Shown: piece by piece, positions 1 to 9,764 of the stretch | Layout: the number at the start of each line of letters is the position of its first letter | Numbering within the stretch: position 1 is the first letter of the stretch | Origin: Candidatus Eiseniibacteriota bacterium | GTDB taxonomy: Bacteria > Eisenbacteria > RBG-16-71-46 > CAIMUX01 > VGJL01 | NCBI GenBank assembly: GCA_041946735.1 | Contig: JBHGAY010000001.1 | Location: 160,001-224,000, forward strand | Direction of reading: 5' to 3' | DNA length: 64,000 nt | The notes under the pieces: model-generated | Told to the model about the DNA's origin: nothing | Seen by the model: the letters and a program-made list of their open reading frames with translations, nothing else | The model's database searches: none | Program-made: the position numbers and the translations under genes

Positions 1-1
1 C

Positions 2-40
2 GTCTACCACGCGTTCCATCTGATCCGCAAGAGCGGATAG
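2..40 (+). CDS. 3' end of a gene entering from the left edge (VYHAFHLIRKSG*)
   Basis: Frame with GC3-rich codons ending in TAG at 38-40, convergent with the next gene; too short to identify. Confidence 0.35.
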   Translation, partial: VYHAFHLIRKSG

Positions 41-84
41 GGCGGCGCGCGCTCCTCCCCTGCTGCGCGGCGCCGTTCCTCCCC

Positions 85-1929
85 TCAGACGCGGCGCTGC
101 TCGTAGAGCGCCGCGAGCGCCTCGGCGTACTCGGCCTCCAGCTCGGGCCTGCGGATCTTCAGCGTCGGCGTCATCGTCCCGCTCTCGAGCGAAGGCGGCT
201 CGCGCATCAGCGCGAACGCGCGGATCCTTTCGTGCGCAGCGAGGTCCGCGCTGCAGCGATCGATCTCGCGCCGCAGCAGGGCGCGTAGCTCCGGATCGGG
301 GTGCAGCGGCGAGGAGACGGCGCGCGCGTGGTCGAGCGCGCGAGGGCCGAGCTGCGTGGCGAGAGCTTCCCAGTCCGGAAGGATCAGAGCGACCAGGTAG
401 GGACGGCGGTCTCCGAAGACGGCCGCTTCGGCGATGAGAGGGCTGCGGCGGAGGCGATCCTCGATCGTCTGCGGCGCGATGTTCTTTCCGCCCGAGGTGA
501 CGATCAGATCCTTCTTCCGCCCGGTGATCCAGAGGAAGGAGTCGTCGTCGAGGCGTCCGAGATCGCCGGTGTGGAGCCACCCGTCACGGAGCGCCCCTTC
601 GGACTCCGCCGGGAGATTGTGATAGGACGGCATGACGCTCGGACTGCGCACGAGGATCTCGCCATCCTCGGCGATGCGCACCTCGAGTCCCGGCAGCGGC
701 CGCCCCACGCTGCCCACCCGCCAGGCGCCGAAAGTGTTCACAGAAACGACCGGCCCCGCCTCGGTGAGCCCATACCCCTCGAGCATCGGCAGGCCGATGC
801 CGCAGAACCAGAGCGCATCGGCCGTGGAGAGAGGCGCGCTGCCGCTCACCACGTAGCGAAGGCGCCCGCCGAAGCGATCGCGGATCGGCTTCCAGACGAG
901 ACGGTCGAAGAAGCGATCGAGGCCGCGCGGCGGAATCGTCGGCGACGATCCGTCGCCGTGGATCGCAAGCGAAGGCCCGGCGCGGCCGCGGCGGATTGCG
1001 GCGCTCTCTGCCGCGCCATAGAGCCGCGAGGCGAGGGGGCCGCGCTGGCGGGCGTTCGCGCGCGCGGCGGCGCGGATCCTCTCGTAGAAGCGCGGCACTC
1101 CGAGCAGCAGGGTCGGGCGCACCTGGGCCGCGTCGCGCGCCACCGTGTCGATGCCGCGCGCGTAGCCGATCGGCGTGCCGCCCGCGATCAGCGCGTAGCT
1201 GACCGTCCTCTCGAGGATGTGCGCGAGCGGAAGGAGGGACAGGTAGCGGTCCGACGGCAGGAAGCGGAGCGTGCGATGGATCATCCGGACGTTGGAGAGC
1301 AGGTTCTCGTGCGTGAGGACGACTCCCTTCGGGGTGGCGCTCGTCCCGGAGGTGTAGAGGATGGTCGCAGGATCGCTGCCGCGGATCGAGGAGCGGATCG
1401 CTTCGAACGTCTCCCGTTCCGCCGGCTCGATCGTCTCCTCCATCCCGATGCGTGGCGCGAGCGAGAGGACGGTGGCCGGGATGGCCGGTCCCGCGGGCGC
1501 CTCGCCCTCCAGGAGGAACGCGGTCTCGATCTCGTGCGGGATGCCGGTCGAGGCGCGGAGAAGCCGCGCGAGCTGCTCGGGGCGGGTGACGATCGCGGCG
1601 CGCGGCGTCGAATCGGCGAGAGGGATCGCGAGCTGCGAGGCGGGCAGGTTCGGATAGACCGGAACTGTCCAGGCGCCGCAGGAGAGGATGGCCAGATCGC
1701 TGATCATCCACTCGTAGCGCGTCTCCATCATGAGCAGCACCCGGTCGGACGGTCGAACGCCGGAGGCGCGCAGCGCGCTCGCCACGCGCTCCACCGCGTT
1801 CCAGAAACGCTGATAGGAGATCGGGCGGAAGCGATCCTCGCGCGGGACCAGGAAGCCTGCCGCCGCGGATCGTTCCGCGACTGCGCGGGCGACCATCCCG
1901 GGAAGGCTCGAGGCGTCGAGGGGATTCAT
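85..1929 (-). CDS. Long-chain fatty acid-CoA ligase (AMP-dependent synthetase)
   Basis: Motifs YTSGTSATPKGV, EGYGLTE, GWLHTGDLG, GRKKDLIVTSGGKNIAP, TPTLKIRR. Start MNPLDAS at 1929 overlaps the upstream gene's stop (ATGA). Confidence 0.92.
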   Translation of the reverse strand: MNPLDASSLPGMVARAVAERSAAAGFLVPREDRFRPISYQRFWNAVERVASALRASGVRPSDRVLLMMETRYEWMISDLAILSCGAWTVPVYPNLPASQLAIPLADSTPRAAIVTRPEQLARLLRASTGIPHEIETAFLLEGEAPAGPAIPATVLSLAPRIGMEETIEPAERETFEAIRSSIRGSDPATILYTSGTSATPKGVVLTHENLLSNVRMIHRTLRFLPSDRYLSLLPLAHILERTVSYALIAGGTPIGYARGIDTVARDAAQVRPTLLLGVPRFYERIRAAARANARQRGPLASRLYGAAESAAIRRGRAGPSLAIHGDGSSPTIPPRGLDRFFDRLVWKPIRDRFGGRLRYVVSGSAPLSTADALWFCGIGLPMLEGYGLTEAGPVVSVNTFGAWRVGSVGRPLPGLEVRIAEDGEILVRSPSVMPSYHNLPAESEGALRDGWLHTGDLGRLDDDSFLWITGRKKDLIVTSGGKNIAPQTIEDRLRRSPLIAEAAVFGDRRPYLVALILPDWEALATQLGPRALDHARAVSSPLHPDPELRALLRREIDRCSADLAAHERIRAFALMREPPSLESGTMTPTLKIRRPELEAEYAEALAALYEQRRV

Positions 1930-3164
1930 CGTGAGGAGGGCGCGGCCGCGGGAGGCGAAGGAGGCGCGGAAGCCGCGTCGAGCCAGCCGACGGTGCGGAG
2001 GCGGCCGGAGAGCGCGGCGACGATCGGGTCGGACGGCGCGGGGGCGATCCGGTCGACGGGCGGGGGCGCGACCCGGTCGACGAGCGGGGGCGCGACCGAG
2101 TCGGCAGACGGGGGCGCGACCGGCGCGGTCTCCTGTGCGGCGGCGCGGAGCGGCGGCGACGACAGGATCACGAGGAACGGGTCGCTCGAGCGGGAGGCAT
2201 CGGCGATCAGGATCCATCCGGAGGATCGTCCGCGGTCGCTCGCGAGGCTGTGCAGGACGCGGTCGATGCGGCCATAGACGCGAGGGGCGCTCGAGCGCAG
2301 CCGGTGGAGGAACAGGCGCCGGGCCGCAGCTTCGTCCTCGCTCGTTCCGCGCGAGGTGGGACCCAGCGGAAGCGGCGTCTGTCCAAGCTGCTCCTCTGTC
2401 CAGGGGAGAAGCTCGTCCTCGTAGGCGAGCGCGAGTTCCTGGACGACGAAGATCCTGCGCGCGGTCCCTCCCGCCCCCTCCAGCAGCGCGGCGTTGGCGA
2501 AGAGCTTGTCCGCCGCGTAGGCGCGGCGAATGCGCCAGAGCGGGTCGCCGCCGGTCGCGACACGGGAGGCGAGGGAGCGGCGCTGCTCCGGCGTCATGCT
2601 GAGGAACTCCTCGACCTCCTCCGGGCGCAGGCGCTCCCCGATCCCGGCGAGGTGGCGCATCGTCCGCCAGTCGGTCTCGCCCCGCCATGCGAGCGCGAGC
2701 TCCGCCGAGGGTCGTCCGGCGGGAGTCGTCCACGATTCGGCGTCGCGGAGCGATCCGTCGAGGGAGAGGATCGCGCGCCCGGCGGGGAGCGCTCCCCGCT
2801 CCCCCGCGTCGACGTACGGGACCGGCGCCAGGCGGATGGCGCGGCGCAGCGAGTCGAGCGCCGCGGCCGAGCCGGTATGGCGCAGCGGGTGGAGGGCGCC
2901 GCGGCGCGAAGCGTCCCGGAAGAAGGGCAGCAGGCCGGAATCGGCGAGAGAGCGGACGCGCTCGAGGCGGGCGCCTGGAATCTCGATCCAGACGACGACC
3001 GGGGCGCCGGGCGGCGACGCCGCTCGGCCGGAAGTCGCGACGAGCCCCAGCACGACGCCGAGCGCCACGAGCGCCGGCACGAGCGCGAGCGCGCGTGCGC
3101 GGGCGCGTGCAGGCAGCGCGGGCGGAGAGAGCGCAAGCGGCGTCCGGCGTCTGTAGAGCCTCAT
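1926..3164 (-). CDS. Hypothetical exported protein, possibly a degenerate alkaline-phosphatase/phosphodiesterase superfamily member, with Pro-rich C-terminal repeats
   Basis: N-terminal hydrophobic stretch, then VVVWIEIPGARLERVRSLADSGLLPFF, resembling the AlkP-superfamily N-terminus but lacking the usual Asp. Translationally coupled to the ligase. Confidence 0.55.
   Translation of the reverse strand: MRLYRRRTPLALSPPALPARARARALALVPALVALGVVLGLVATSGRAASPPGAPVVVWIEIPGARLERVRSLADSGLLPFFRDASRRGALHPLRHTGSAAALDSLRRAIRLAPVPYVDAGERGALPAGRAILSLDGSLRDAESWTTPAGRPSAELALAWRGETDWRTMRHLAGIGERLRPEEVEEFLSMTPEQRRSLASRVATGGDPLWRIRRAYAADKLFANAALLEGAGGTARRIFVVQELALAYEDELLPWTEEQLGQTPLPLGPTSRGTSEDEAAARRLFLHRLRSSAPRVYGRIDRVLHSLASDRGRSSGWILIADASRSSDPFLVILSSPPLRAAAQETAPVAPPSADSVAPPLVDRVAPPPVDRIAPAPSDPIVAALSGRLRTVGWLDAASAPPSPPAAAPSSR
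2040..2125. repeat. Imperfect 24-bp in-frame tandem repeat (VAPPxVDR units)
   Basis: About 3.5 copies of a cgggggcgcgacccggtcgacg-like unit, encoding VAPPSADS VAPPLVDR VAPPPVDR IAP. Confidence 0.7.
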
Positions 3165-3356
3165 CGGGGCGTGAGAATACCACGCCCGCGCAGGCGGCGG
3201 GCGGCGGGCCGGCGGGCCGGCGGGCGCGCCGGTTCGCAGGGCGAAGCGGCCATGGACGGAGCGGCCGCGGGCGGGTGGCAAGACGGCGCGCCGGACCGAC
3301 CCGGCGCGTCGCCACGTGGCGTCGCGGGCGGCGCGCTGCGATACTACCGCTCGGCT

Positions 3357-4535
3357 ATGAGTGACCGCCGGGACGAAACGCGTCGAATCCTGCACCTCGT
3401 GACCGATCTCCGGCTCGGGGGCACGCAGCGGATGATCCTCGAGCGGGTGCGCGGGATCGGCGGCTGGGAGCACCACGTGTGGGCGCCGGTGCGGGTCAGC
3501 CGCCACGCGCGGGCGGATCTCGTCGAGGAGCTGCGGGCGGCTGGCGCTCGGGTGCGCTACGGGCGGCGCGGGATGCTCGGTCTCGGCCTCTGGATCGCCG
3601 GCGGGATCGCTCGCGCGCGGCGCCTTCGCTTCGACGTCGTCCACAGCACGCTCTACCACACGCACCTTCTCGCTCCCTGGTTCGCGAACGCGTGCGATGC
3701 CGCCTGGATCCTAGGGAAGGAAAGCACCGACGACTGGATGACCTGCAAGCAGGCGCGGCGCGAGGTGCTGCTGACGCCACGGGTCTCGGCCGTGGCGGCC
3801 GTATCGCGCGCAGCGGCGAAGGCGATGGAGCGGGCGGGGCGGATCGAGGTCCCGGTGCGGATCATCCCCAACGGCATCCCGGACGGGCCGCCCCCTTGGG
3901 GCGTGGCGCCCGAGCCGGACGCGCTCCCGAGAATCGTCTACGTGGGACGCCTCGACCCGGCGAAAGGGCTCGCCGATCTCGTGGAGGCATGCTACCGGCT
4001 GCTGCGCGAGGGGCGCGGCTTGCGTCTGCAGATCCAGGGGGAAGGACCGGCCGATGGGGCGCTGCGAGCGGCGTTCGCGAACCCGCCGTTCGCGGGGCGC
4101 GCGCGCGTGCTGGGGCGCGAGGAGGCGCGAGCGGAGGCCGGCGCAGCAAGCGCAGGCGAAGGGGCGCGGGCGGCGGCCGGCTCGGAGCCGGGAGGCGGTC
4201 CGGCGGTCTTCGTCCTTCCGAGCCACTTCGAGGGGTTCGGCGTCGTCCTGCTCGAAGCGATGCGCCTCTCGCTGCCGATCGTCGCGACGCGCGTCGGGGG
4301 CATTCCGGAAGTCGTCGAGGAAGGCGTGCAGGCGCTCCTCGTGCCGCCGCGTGATCCGCAGGCGCTCGCCGGCGCGATCGGGCGCCTGCTCGACGACGAC
4401 GCGCTGCGGACGCAGCTCGGCGCGGCGGGCCCGGCGCGCGCCGCTCGATTCCCGGCGCACGCGATGTGCGACGCCTATGCCGAGCTTTACGAAGAGGTGC
4501 GCGCCGGCGTGCGGGCGCGGAGGCGACGCGCGTGA
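3357..4535 (+). CDS. Glycosyltransferase family 4 (GT-B)
   Basis: ILHLVTDLRLGGTQR, VYVGRLDPAKG, LPSHFEGFGVVLLEAM (E-x7-E). Confidence 0.92.
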   Translation: MSDRRDETRRILHLVTDLRLGGTQRMILERVRGIGGWEHHVWAPVRVSRHARADLVEELRAAGARVRYGRRGMLGLGLWIAGGIARARRLRFDVVHSTLYHTHLLAPWFANACDAAWILGKESTDDWMTCKQARREVLLTPRVSAVAAVSRAAAKAMERAGRIEVPVRIIPNGIPDGPPPWGVAPEPDALPRIVYVGRLDPAKGLADLVEACYRLLREGRGLRLQIQGEGPADGALRAAFANPPFAGRARVLGREEARAEAGAASAGEGARAAAGSEPGGGPAVFVLPSHFEGFGVVLLEAMRLSLPIVATRVGGIPEVVEEGVQALLVPPRDPQALAGAIGRLLDDDALRTQLGAAGPARAARFPAHAMCDAYAELYEEVRAGVRARRRRA

Positions 4536-5734
4536 GGGCGGCGCAGATCATCACTCGCAGGATCGTGGGAGGCGCGCAGCGGATCGCGCTCGAGACGGCG
4601 GCGGCGCTGCGCGCGCGCGGAGACGAATGCGAGATCTGGTGCGGCCCGCAGACCGGCCCGGAAGGGGATCTCGGCGGCGAGGCGCGAGAGAGGGGCGTGC
4701 CGCTGCGGATCGTCCCCGACCTGGTTCGCGAGGTCGATCCGGCGCGCGACCTGCGCGCGCGAAGCTGGCTGCTGCGCGAGATGCGCGACGGCGGCTTCGA
4801 CGTCGTCCACACGCACAGCAGCAAGGCCGGCATCCTCGGACGCCGGGCGGCGCACGAGGCGCGCAAGCGTCCGGCCGCAGGCGTCCCCGCGCCGCGCGCC
4901 ATCCTGCACACCGTCCATGGATGGGGATGGTCGGACCGTACGGCGCCTGCGGCGCGCGTCCTCTTCGCCGCCCTCGAACGCGCCGCTTTCGGATGGGCCG
5001 ATCGCGTCGTCGCGGTCTCGGAGCGCGTCCGCGAGGAAGGATTGCGGCAGGGAATCGGGCGGGAGGAGCCGGATCGCTACCGCGTGATCCTTCCCGGGAT
5101 CGACACGGCGCCGTTCCGCGCGCTCCTCGATGCGGAGGCGGCGGCGAGCGTCCGCGCGAGGTCACGCGAGGCGTTGGACATTCCCGCCGATGCGGTCGTC
5201 GCCGGGACGGTCGGGCGCCTTTCCTCGCAGAAGAACCCAGAAGCGATCCTCGCCCTCGCGGCGCGATTCCCGGATCTGCACCTTCTGCTGATCGGCGACG
5301 GCCCGCTGCGAGCGAACCTCGAGCGGACGATCGCGCAGCGCGGATGGAGCGCGCGCGTGCGCATGCCGGGCATCCGCACGGACGTCGCCGCCTGCCTGGC
5401 GGCGCTCGATCTCTTCGTGCTCCCGTCGTTGTGGGAAGGGCTGCCTCTCACGATCCTCGAGGCGCGCTGCGCCGGGCTTCCGGTGATCGCGTCCGGCGTC
5501 GGAGGGGTTTCGGAAGCGATGCCGGAGCCGGCGGCGGGATGGATCGTCCCGCCCGGCGATGCGGGCGCGCTCGAGCGCGCGGTGGCCGACTGGTTCGGAC
5601 GCCGGAGGGAGGCTCGAGAGGCGGCGCTCGCCGGACGTTTCGACGTCCTTCAGAAGGGATCGCGGTCGCGAATGCTGGAGGAGATCCTCTCGCTCTACGA
5701 CTCGCTCCTCGGCTCTCCCCCTCTTGCTCGCTGA
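4532..5734 (+). CDS. Glycosyltransferase family 4 (GT-B)
   Basis: GTG start overlaps the previous stop (GTGA). QIITRRIVGGAQR, VHTHSSKAG, VGRLSSQKN, LPSLWEGLPLTILEA. Confidence 0.92.
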   Translation: MRAAQIITRRIVGGAQRIALETAAALRARGDECEIWCGPQTGPEGDLGGEARERGVPLRIVPDLVREVDPARDLRARSWLLREMRDGGFDVVHTHSSKAGILGRRAAHEARKRPAAGVPAPRAILHTVHGWGWSDRTAPAARVLFAALERAAFGWADRVVAVSERVREEGLRQGIGREEPDRYRVILPGIDTAPFRALLDAEAAASVRARSREALDIPADAVVAGTVGRLSSQKNPEAILALAARFPDLHLLLIGDGPLRANLERTIAQRGWSARVRMPGIRTDVAACLAALDLFVLPSLWEGLPLTILEARCAGLPVIASGVGGVSEAMPEPAAGWIVPPGDAGALERAVADWFGRRREAREAALAGRFDVLQKGSRSRMLEEILSLYDSLLGSPPLAR

Positions 5735-5766
5735 GCCCCCCGCACGGCGCCCGTCGAAGAACGCCT

Positions 5767-5796
5767 TGGACCTTTCCCCCCCTGCCACCCTAGAAT
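5767..5796 (+). promoter_or_regulatory. Putative sigma70-type promoter of gdhA
   Basis: TGGACC-N18-TAGAAT, about 120 nt upstream of the ATG. Confidence 0.4.
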
Positions 5797-5914
5797 CGCA
5801 CCTTGATCCGCGGCCAGGAGGGGCCGGGCGCCTCCCGCCCGGCTTTCGTGTGACCGTCATTCAGGGCTCGAATCGTGGGCCCACAACCGGGCGTCCGCTC
5901 CGGAGGTCCTGCCC

Positions 5915-7189
5915 ATGCGAGGAACGTTCGACCGCACCTCGGCTTTCGAGAACGCGCTGCGCCAGTTCGACCGCGCCGCGGGGATTCTCAAGCTCACGAA
6001 CAACCAGATCGCCGTCATCAAGGAGCCTCGCCGGGTGACCGAGGTCCGGCTCCCGGTGCAGATGGACGACGGCACGGTCGAGGTGTTCACCGGCTATCGG
6101 GTGCAGCACAACGTCGCGCGCGGGCCGGCCAAGGGCGGCGTCCGCTTTCACCCGAACGTCACGCTCGACGAGGTGAAGGCGCTCGCGTTCTGGATGACGT
6201 ACAAGTGCGCGGTCGTGAACATTCCGATGGGAGGCGGCAAGGGGGGCGTCGTCGTCGATCCGCGGAAGCACTCCCAGGCCGAAATGGAGCGCCTGTCGCG
6301 CCGCTACTTCGCGGAGATGATCGACCTGTTCGGAGCGGGCAAAGACATTCCGGCTCCCGACGTGAACACCGGGCCGCAAGTGATGGCCTGGTTCATGGAC
6401 ACCTACTCGATGCACCAACAGGCGTTCGTCCCGGAGGTCGTGACCGGAAAGCCGATCGAGCTGGGCGGATCGCTCGGCCGCGAGACGGCGACCGCCGACG
6501 GCGTGGCGATCTGCATCCGGGAGGCCGCGCGCCACCGGAAGATCGACCTGGGCGGCGCGCGGGTCGTCGTGCAGGGCTTCGGAAACGTCGGCGGCTACAC
6601 GGCGCTGAATCTTCATCGCGAGGGATGCCGGATCGTCGGCATCGCCGACGAGTCGGGGGCCTATGTCAACGAGGACGGCATCGACGTCGCGAAGTTCCAC
6701 GAGTTCGCCAAAGTCCACAAGGTCCTGCGCGGGATCGAGAAGATGGTGCCGGGCGTGCGGGTGCTCGACGATCCGCAAGCGATCCTCGAGTGGGACACCG
6801 AGATCCTGGTGCCCGCCGCGCTGGAGAATCAGATCGACGCCGAGAATGCTCCTCGCATCCGGGCGAAGCTGATCGCCGAGGGGGCGAACGGTCCCTTGAC
6901 GACCGAGGCGGACGACATCCTCGAACGCAAGGGAGTCTTCGTGATTCCCGACATCCTCTGCAACGCCGGGGGCGTCACCGTCTCCTATCTCGAGTGGGTC
7001 CAGAACCGCATGGGGTACTACTGGTCGGCCCGCCGCGTCTACGAGGATCTCGAGGAGATCATGGTTTCGGCTTTCCGCACCGTTCTCGAGACGAGCCTCG
7101 AGTTCGGCGTGAACCTGCGGGTCGCCGCGTTCATCGTCGCGATCAAGAGGGTGACCCAGGCGGCGGAGCTCCGGGGCCTCTACGCCTGA
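5915..7189 (+). CDS. gdhA: Glutamate dehydrogenase (Glu/Leu/Phe/Val dehydrogenase family)
   Basis: RGPAKGGVRFHP, MTYKCAV, GGGKGGV, DIPAPDVNT, QGFGNVG, EGANGP, NAGGVTVSYLEW. Confidence 0.93.
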   Translation: MRGTFDRTSAFENALRQFDRAAGILKLTNNQIAVIKEPRRVTEVRLPVQMDDGTVEVFTGYRVQHNVARGPAKGGVRFHPNVTLDEVKALAFWMTYKCAVVNIPMGGGKGGVVVDPRKHSQAEMERLSRRYFAEMIDLFGAGKDIPAPDVNTGPQVMAWFMDTYSMHQQAFVPEVVTGKPIELGGSLGRETATADGVAICIREAARHRKIDLGGARVVVQGFGNVGGYTALNLHREGCRIVGIADESGAYVNEDGIDVAKFHEFAKVHKVLRGIEKMVPGVRVLDDPQAILEWDTEILVPAALENQIDAENAPRIRAKLIAEGANGPLTTEADDILERKGVFVIPDILCNAGGVTVSYLEWVQNRMGYYWSARRVYEDLEEIMVSAFRTVLETSLEFGVNLRVAAFIVAIKRVTQAAELRGLYA

Positions 7190-7197
7190 TCCGGGAC

Positions 7198-8376
7198 TCA
7201 GAAGACCGGATAGTCCTCGATCGGCTGCCACGCCCAGTGGAACTCGACGCGCCGCTCCGGGCGGCTCGCATGCTGCTCCGAGATCTGGACCTTCGCATAG
7301 TGGCCGTCCGCCGTGAGGATCGCGTAGACGTGGCCGACCGCGACCGGAACCTCGAGAAGAAACGGAGCGTCCAGCGGCGCGGCGATGGACCACTCGCTGC
7401 CCGCATCCTGGATGCGCGTGACGCGCGAGGCCCAGCGCGGATCGCGGTACTCCAGCAGGCTCGGGCTCTTCAAACGGAGCGACCCTGCGCCATCCTGGGG
7501 GTCGGACGTCCCGAGATAGAAATCAATCGAGTCGGGCATGGCGGGATCGGCGAGACGGACGATGCCGCCCGGCAGGCGGACGCCGAAAAGCCCCCGGCGA
7601 CTGCCCGCCTCGTATAGAGGCCCGGTCCCGAAGCCATCGAGCCTCGCGGCGGTCTCGATCGAAGGGCCGCTCGCCGACCGCTCCACCACCCCCTGATAAT
7701 CGCGCCGCGAGCGGATCGTGAAGAAGAGCGCGCGCCCGAGCGGAACCGGAGAGACGCGCTGCTGCAGCCGCTGCAGCGGCACCGGAGTGATCGAGTAGCG
7801 GGACAGGCTGTCCATGGGAAGCCCCGAGAGATCGTGGTCGGCCAGGAACAGCTCGTAGCCGGACCACGACTCGACCCCCTCGTCGTTGCTCGCCCCCCAG
7901 GAGAGATCGATCACGCTCTCGCCGTTCACCGCATGGATCGACTCGGGAGGCGCGACGGTCGCGATCGCGACGGGCAGCGTCGCGGTCGCGGTGTCCTCGA
8001 AGTCCGTCACCCAGACCTGGAGCGTCTGAGGAACCACGGCGACCGGAGTTCGCCACGTCACGGTCGGCAGCACCTTCCCCCGAGGGAAGCTGCCATCCGT
8101 CGCCATCCACCAGTACTTCAGCTCGTCCGCGTCGTCGCGATCCCGTGCCCGGCACGACGCCAACACCTCCTCGGCGGCGAGCACGTGATCCTGGAGGATC
8201 TTCACCTCCTGGATCTCGGGGGCGTGGTTGCGAAAGCCCGGGGTGGTCGAGGTCCCCTGTTTGTCGCAGGCGGAAAGCAGGGCGATCACCAAAGCGAGCG
8301 AGGCGGCGCACGCGAGAGCGCCGGCGAAGGAACGGCCGGGCCTCATAAGAGAGATCAGCAGATCGGTCCGCTCCAT
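7198..8376 (-). CDS. Hypothetical lipoprotein (Ig/PKD-like and FN3-like segments, C-terminal beta domain)
   Basis: Lipobox LLSAC after a hydrophobic core; NHAPEI..., IDLSW, GYELF; C-terminus GHVYAILTADGHYAKVQI...WQPIEDYPVF. Start could be 8346. Confidence 0.7.
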   Translation of the reverse strand: MERTDLLISLMRPGRSFAGALACAASLALVIALLSACDKQGTSTTPGFRNHAPEIQEVKILQDHVLAAEEVLASCRARDRDDADELKYWWMATDGSFPRGKVLPTVTWRTPVAVVPQTLQVWVTDFEDTATATLPVAIATVAPPESIHAVNGESVIDLSWGASNDEGVESWSGYELFLADHDLSGLPMDSLSRYSITPVPLQRLQQRVSPVPLGRALFFTIRSRRDYQGVVERSASGPSIETAARLDGFGTGPLYEAGSRRGLFGVRLPGGIVRLADPAMPDSIDFYLGTSDPQDGAGSLRLKSPSLLEYRDPRWASRVTRIQDAGSEWSIAAPLDAPFLLEVPVAVGHVYAILTADGHYAKVQISEQHASRPERRVEFHWAWQPIEDYPVF

Positions 8377-8500
8377 GGCGCACCCCTCGCGCGTCCACCC
8401 CGGCGCACTCCGAGTATGCAGGGGAGCTGCCGGCCAGGCCAAGGGGAGATCCTTGCTCGTGGGCCGTGGGGAGGAGAGAACGCCGAAGCCCGACCGGAGT

Positions 8501-9028
8501 CTAGGCGGGAGGCGGCGGGAGGCGCATCTCCTTCGCGAACACCTTCTGCTCCTTCGACTCGGTGTAGCCGAACTTCTCGTAGAAGCGGTGCGCGTCGGTC
8601 CGGCTCACCCGCGACCGGATCCGTATCGATCGGATCCCCTGCCCCCCGGCCCACGCTTCGGCGGTCTCGAGCAGGCTCCGACCCACGCCGCGTCCGCGGA
8701 ACAGAGCGGACACCACGAGCCCGCCGATCTCCACGAAGGCGGACGATTCGAGCCGCAGGGATACGAAGGCGTGGATCCAGCCGACTGGGGTGCCGTCGAA
8801 CGAAGGGGAGCGGGGCGGCGGGCCGCCCTCGCCGCTCGCGCCCTCTGGCGATGGGTTGGGAGCGTGTACGGCGACCCATGCCCGGTGCCCGGGTTCGCGC
8901 AGGATCCTGCGGATCCGCTCTTCTGCCTGCTCCGGCGTCGACGGGTAGCCGAGCTCTCCGGATAGACAGGCGACGGCGGCGGCATCCTCGATCCGGACCG
9001 GACGGGTCCAAGCGGATTCGTCGCGCAT
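8501..9028 (-). CDS. GNAT family N-acetyltransferase
   Basis: IGGLVVSALFRGRGVGRSLL and DAHRFYEKFGY. Confidence 0.9.
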   Translation of the reverse strand: MRDESAWTRPVRIEDAAAVACLSGELGYPSTPEQAEERIRRILREPGHRAWVAVHAPNPSPEGASGEGGPPPRSPSFDGTPVGWIHAFVSLRLESSAFVEIGGLVVSALFRGRGVGRSLLETAEAWAGGQGIRSIRIRSRVSRTDAHRFYEKFGYTESKEQKVFAKEMRLPPPPA

Positions 9029-9104
9029 CGCGCCTCCCGCATCGCGGAGCGGCCCTCCGCCGCCTCGTTGCCTGCAGCTCTACGCTTCCGTCGTGCGGCG
9101 AGCC

Positions 9105-9632
9105 CTACGCTCCCCAGAGGTGCTCGGTGCCGACATTGCGGCCCATCAGCTTCAAGTAGTAGAAGAGCTGCCCCTTGTGCTGGGTGAGGTGGGCGACCAT
9201 ATGGCAGCAGTGCTCGAAGAGCGTCCGCTCCGGTCCTCCCCAGGGAGGAGCCATCTTCTTCGCCGTCAGATCGGACTCCCCGACCTCATCGAGCGACCGC
9301 AACGTGACAGCGCGGTCCGCCGCGAGGAGACGATGCGCCTCCTCGAGGCTCGAGACCGAGGGGAGCCGCTCCGCCGATGGCAGCATCTCCTCGGGCGGAA
9401 GGTCCTCGATTTTCCTCCCGTCCGGCATTCCCCAATCCCCCGTCACGAATCCGCGGATCGGTACGCCGCAGGCTTCCGTGCAGTGACGCAGCAGCTGCCC
9501 GACGGTCATCCAGTTCGCGCCGGCCGGCGGCTTCCACGAAAGGTCCGCCGGCTCGAGCATCGCGAAGAGACGGTCGGTGACGTCGTAGGCATCGGTCGCT
9601 TCGCGCTTCAGGAACTCTCGCGCTTGAATCAT
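9105..9632 (-). CDS. DinB/YfiT family protein
   Basis: DLSWKP..WMTVGQLLRH and HLTQHKGQLFYYLKLMG (DinB His triad pattern). Confidence 0.85.
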   Translation of the reverse strand: MIQAREFLKREATDAYDVTDRLFAMLEPADLSWKPPAGANWMTVGQLLRHCTEACGVPIRGFVTGDWGMPDGRKIEDLPPEEMLPSAERLPSVSSLEEAHRLLAADRAVTLRSLDEVGESDLTAKKMAPPWGGPERTLFEHCCHMVAHLTQHKGQLFYYLKLMGRNVGTEHLWGA

Positions 9633-9764
9633 TCCTCGGCCTCCTCCCGGACCGCCTCCCCCGGCGGCCTCGTCCCGGCGAGCGATTCTACCGCATCTCG
9701 CCAGGCCTCGGGCGACCGGCGACTGGAGTCTACGGTTTCGCGGTCGGTTCGCGCGGCGATGAGT

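Noticed and set aside
85..3315. 1076-aa ORF as a multidomain fusion (likewise 44412-48905, 56423-60205, 27469-30264, 45132-48836)
   Set aside because: The N-terminal extensions overlap other real genes; the true starts are internal, with an RBS or stop-start coupling.
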